This document shows, piece by piece, positions 59,902 to 64,000 of a stretch of 64,000 nucleotides of DNA; the stretch's first letter is position 1; each line of letters begins with the position of its first letter. The notes beneath the pieces were generated by a model, which worked only from the letters and a program-made list of their open reading frames with translations, did no database searches and was not told the DNA's origin. The translations under genes were made by a program, and so were the position numbers. The DNA is from Eledone cirrhosa (taxonomy: Eukaryota), in NCBI GenBank assembly GCA_964016885.1, contig OZ024740.1, positions 113,522,001-113,586,000 of the forward strand. The letters are read 5' to 3'.

Positions 59902-60056
59902 TAGTACAGCATAATCGAAGCTCTGGTGACAGCTAAGCTAACGAATGCAATCGGGGTGTGCAGCTAAGCACTCAATAAGGTATATTACCTTAGAGTTATA
60001 ACATTACGTTTAGACAGCTTTGAAAATTGAAGACAGTGACCGATAGGCGAGCCGCA

Positions 60057-60097
<41 letters not shown>

Positions 60098-60114
60098 ATA
60101 TATATATATATATT

Positions 60115-60185
<71 letters not shown>

Positions 60186-60230
60186 ATATATATATATATA
60201 TATATTTGTATATAAATATATATATATATT

Positions 60231-60292
<62 letters not shown>

Positions 60293-60344
60293 TATACATA
60301 CATACCTATATACATATATACATCAATACATACATACATACATG

Positions 60345-60948
60345 GTGGCTGCCAACTCGTTTTCGAGTACGGCCACTACTTTATATCCATGTAGGAGAAC
60401 CCCTACCGATGCGCTGACGAGTGTGACTTTTTAGTCCAGCCAGCGACTTGAAAACTCTGGTACAAACACTACACTTGTGACAATTATTGACACAGTGCTG
60501 GGCCCATGGTACCATGTGACGACAAGTGCAGATAGATCTCCAGATATAAAGCAATGCCTGTGCTATGAAGCTTTTATAGTGAGCAAAGGCACTGCACAAA
60601 GCCAGTCCCACTCTCTTAACCAAGATGATATTTACCAAAAAGAAGAACAAGTCAACATCATTGGATACCATCAGGGTTGCAGGTGTTATATCAGAGTTTT
60701 CCTTCTCTTAGAATTCTGCCTTGACAAAGGCTAAGGGGTCATCTCTCCCAGTGATTTTGGATGGCCATTGACTCTTAAGAGCTCCTTTGCCCTTCGACAG
60801 GTTTTGTTTTTAGTCCTGCAGGATGTCCAAAGTCACCCTCCTCACCAAGAAACCTTGGTGGGGTTGCCAGTTTAGTCGCCAACGACCCGACCATGAGACA
60901 GGTTGTACTGGGATACATGTTACCAGTAGCACCAAGTGGTGACCTGAC
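60345..60948 (-). mobile_element. Internally deleted RTE-like element (putative 5' UTR plus C-terminal zinc finger)
   Basis: CSVCTRVFKSLAGLKSH near the 3' end. The 5' region resembles 40745-40900. Confidence 0.45.
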
Positions 60949-60962
60949 ATAACATACATACA

Positions 60963-61066
<104 letters not shown>

Positions 61067-61535
61067 CTACAAGAACAGAAAGGAGAGAAAAGAATGAAAG
61101 ATCCAAAGATGTCAAAGAATAAATAGGCAAAATAGTTCAGATTCTATAGGAAGACACTAGGAAGAAAACATATGAAGTGTAGAGAAATATATATACAGTA
61201 ACATATACAGTGTGATAGTGATCTATGAAGTAAAGGGAATACTGTTAGAATTCTTAGAAGAAAGAATTAAAAGATTTAAAAGTGTTTTGTGTGGATATTT
61301 GTTATGAAAGAAAATCAAAAACAAAAATATTACGTGTTATGACAAACACAAAGTAGATACTTTAACAACAATGTTGTAAGAGGTAAATAAGCAATAGAAG
61401 AAATGTGAAGTGGAGGGTGAAGAAGAAAAAGCATATGAAGGAGGAGGGAGGGGGAGGATAAGAGGAAGAAGGAGAAGAAGAAGTAGAAGAAGAAGAAGAA
61501 GAAGAAGAAGAAGAAGAATATGAAGTAGAAGATGA

Positions 61536-61587
<52 letters not shown>

Positions 61588-61665
61588 TAAGAAGAAGCAG
61601 AAAATGAAGAAGAAGAAGAAGAAGAAGAAGAAGAAGAAGGATATTACCTTCCAGTGTTCCACCAC

Positions 61666-61716
<51 letters not shown>

Positions 61717-61990
61717 GGTGGCGGACTGCGTCTAAAAATATTGGTTGCCAGATGATGGGGGCCCACCTACATATAATTTAATTTTTCTAATGCTATAATT
61801 TAATTTTTATGATGAATAAATGAGATTTTCAAAAAATACATAAGTGGAAACAAAACAGTGCTCTCAAAGTTTTGCGGAAAAGTATCTTACGTTCTGCAAT
61901 AAAAATATTATGTATCTTGCGAAATCCAGAGACTTTCAATAATGACCTTTGGTCTTTCACATTCACTCAGTATATATATATATATATATA

Positions 61991-63340
61991 TTAGGGTAAA
62001 CATTGATGCAATTCAATTCAACACTCAACGTACTTTTTCCACATAGGAGTGACGGAGTAAATATCGAATAAGGAAAAGCGAAGTAGTTTCAGATGTTCAA
62101 GTCCTTTAATTAATAATGCTGTGATATATATTTCAATGACGACACTGGCCATACTGTTCTGTGTGCGAGTGTTGTGTCATCATCAGACAGCTTGTTACAT
62201 AATAAGGTTATGTTTCCGAGGCAATCCAAATTGAATCGACATGGGAACGGATGAAGTTCGTGCTTTTGGGTTTTTCATCCGTTCCCTTGTGAGTACCAAT
62301 TCACCCCCACCGGTCTGCGCAAGCGTATGTCCGAAGGAAGTTGACCATTAGCCACCGCAGATTTCAACGAAATTCACTGTCAGTTCACCCTCTCAGCCAA
62401 AACAATGGCCCACCTATGCCCTACCAAAGTTTACTGCTACCCATCACGACTGTGGCAGTCAGCCGAAAGCCAGAGGGGATGGGAGGGTGTTAGTTTTTAT
62501 AGGTCATAATACTACCTTTCACCAAACGTTGACAGCAAGCCTGACCATCAACTCATAAGGGAAAATAAACTTAATTCTAGGTACCATGGTTTTACATTGG
62601 AAGTTAAGAGTGAGGGTTAGAAATAAAAATTAAAAATTAAAATCCTAAATCAAATATCAGAGATTATAAATTAAACAATTAAAAAATTAAAAAATTCGAA
62701 ATTAAAAAATTTTTCAAGTGATAATTTTGGATTGAGTAAAAATATAGATTGAAGTGAGTAAATAATATGGAGAGAGATGTTTAAGTAATAAGTTCTGAGA
62801 GGGATTCTAGTGTCCCAGTTACTCTATCCACATATTGAACGACAATGACGTACATTATAACGGAGGGCAAACTACAGGGTTCACGGCATTAGTCAATCTG
62901 GTACACAGTCATAATTTCAATCACATGGAACAAAATCAAAGAAATACAGACATAAAGTACACAAAAGAAAAGAAAAGAACAGAACCAATAGTGAATAAAT
63001 GCAAAAACACAGAGTATATGCGAAATGATCCATATGATTGTCCATCTGTCCATGTATAGATTGAATTGAGGGGGCTTCTGTTCAAATGCGATTTGGTGCA
63101 GGAAAATAGGGGTTTATCTTATTTTTTGTTTCCGCATATTTATCCTGCCGAAAGTTACTATTATGCCCGTCCGGTGTCAGGGGTTTTCATCCCCATGGTA
63201 GAGGGAATTTCCAGGGGTAGCTCTTGGTTGGTTCCTCTCTTCTCCACCATATCGGTTACATCATAGAGCGCTCAACTAATCGGAGCTAAATTATTAGGGT
63301 AAACATTGATGCAATTCAATTCAAGCACTCAACGTACTTT
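61991..63340 (-). mobile_element. 1.3-kb hammerhead element with terminal direct repeat, hammerhead at 62118-62191
   Basis: The tail ttagggtaaacattgatgcaattcaattcaa occurs at 61991 and 63294. No long ORF. Confidence 0.8.
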
Positions 63341-63352
63341 TTTATATATATA

Positions 63353-63720
63353 TAAACGGAAAAAATGAAACGAAATTTTATTTCCCTCTCTTAGTACGGC
63401 TGTTACTTAAATATAAGTATGTACACGTACATACATATATGTATAATCGTTGCTCGTTTGTTCAACACCGACAAAGGAACGCTGTACTAGTTTCAAGCTT
63501 ATTAGCTATCGTCAGCAACGTATACCTTCCTGCCAGATTGTTGAACGTATATACTTACCTTATGCATATTAACGTCTGAGTAGCCCAATTTGCATATCGA
63601 GGGGTTAATCGACCGGGTACACCGAAAACGATAAACGGAAAAAATGAAACGCAATTTAATTTCCCACTCTTAGTACGGCTGTTACTTAAATATAAGTATG
63701 TACACGTACATACATATATG
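63353..63720 (-). mobile_element. 279-bp retrozyme-like unit with ~88-bp direct repeats, hammerhead at 63479-63521
   Basis: taaacggaaaaaatgaaacg.. at 63353 and 63632 brackets the hammerhead. Confidence 0.75.
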
Positions 63721-63883
63721 GATGTACGTGTACATACTTATATATATATATATATATAGTAATAATAATAAATTTGAAGACTAAAATCCAAATTCAATAT
63801 AAAAATTAAATTATAGCATTCTATATGTAGGTGGGCCCCCTTCATTTCCTGGCAACCAAAACTTTTAGACGCAGTCCGCCACC

Positions 63884-63922
<39 letters not shown>

Positions 63923-63924
<2 letters not shown>

Positions 63925-64000
63925 AAAGTTCTATTTAAAATTGTTGGGATACAACAAGTAAATATTTTTATAACTGATATAAAGCACTCGACAAGTATTT
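63923..64000 (-). mobile_element. Tail of the 59138 family, cut by the window edge
   Basis: atttaaaattgttggg..aaagcactcgacaa match. Confidence 0.8.

Noticed and set aside
60410-60490. Host C2H2 zinc-finger gene
   Set aside because: A single incomplete finger in a context that fits an RTE C-terminus, with no finger array or splice evidence.
61330-61684. Poly-Leu/Phe/Tyr membrane-like ORFs
   Set aside because: They derive from (GAA)n and (TAG)n trinucleotide repeats.

Overview
AT-rich, repeat-dominated eukaryotic DNA with no confidently identifiable host gene. The SINEs and very high (TA)n/(CA)n/(GA)n density suggest an octopod cephalopod, but that is inference. There are two element systems. 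(1) At 6.3-22.4 kb, a (TTA/TAA)n microsatellite hot-spot holds nested non-LTR retrotransposons: seven R4/Dong-type RLE copies from two families and a near-intact Tx1-type element. (2) Throughout the window, and invisible in the ORF track, are many short Penelope-like (PLE) elements, mostly in (TA)n. I read 13 type-I hammerhead ribozymes with an intact core plus about ten decayed or half copies, from many unrelated families. These families share a bulged ACTC..GAGT 3' tail hairpin and inverted arms that stop just before it. Three elements carry a GIY-YIG endonuclease with no RT in sight, and in two of them it lies antisense to the adjacent hammerhead within ~300-bp inverted arms. Also present: tRNA-derived SINEs, RTE fragments (one with twin-priming geometry), a mariner-like MITE and a perfect 378-bp palindrome. 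All folds and translations outside the ORF track were read by eye and coordinates of decayed elements are approximate.
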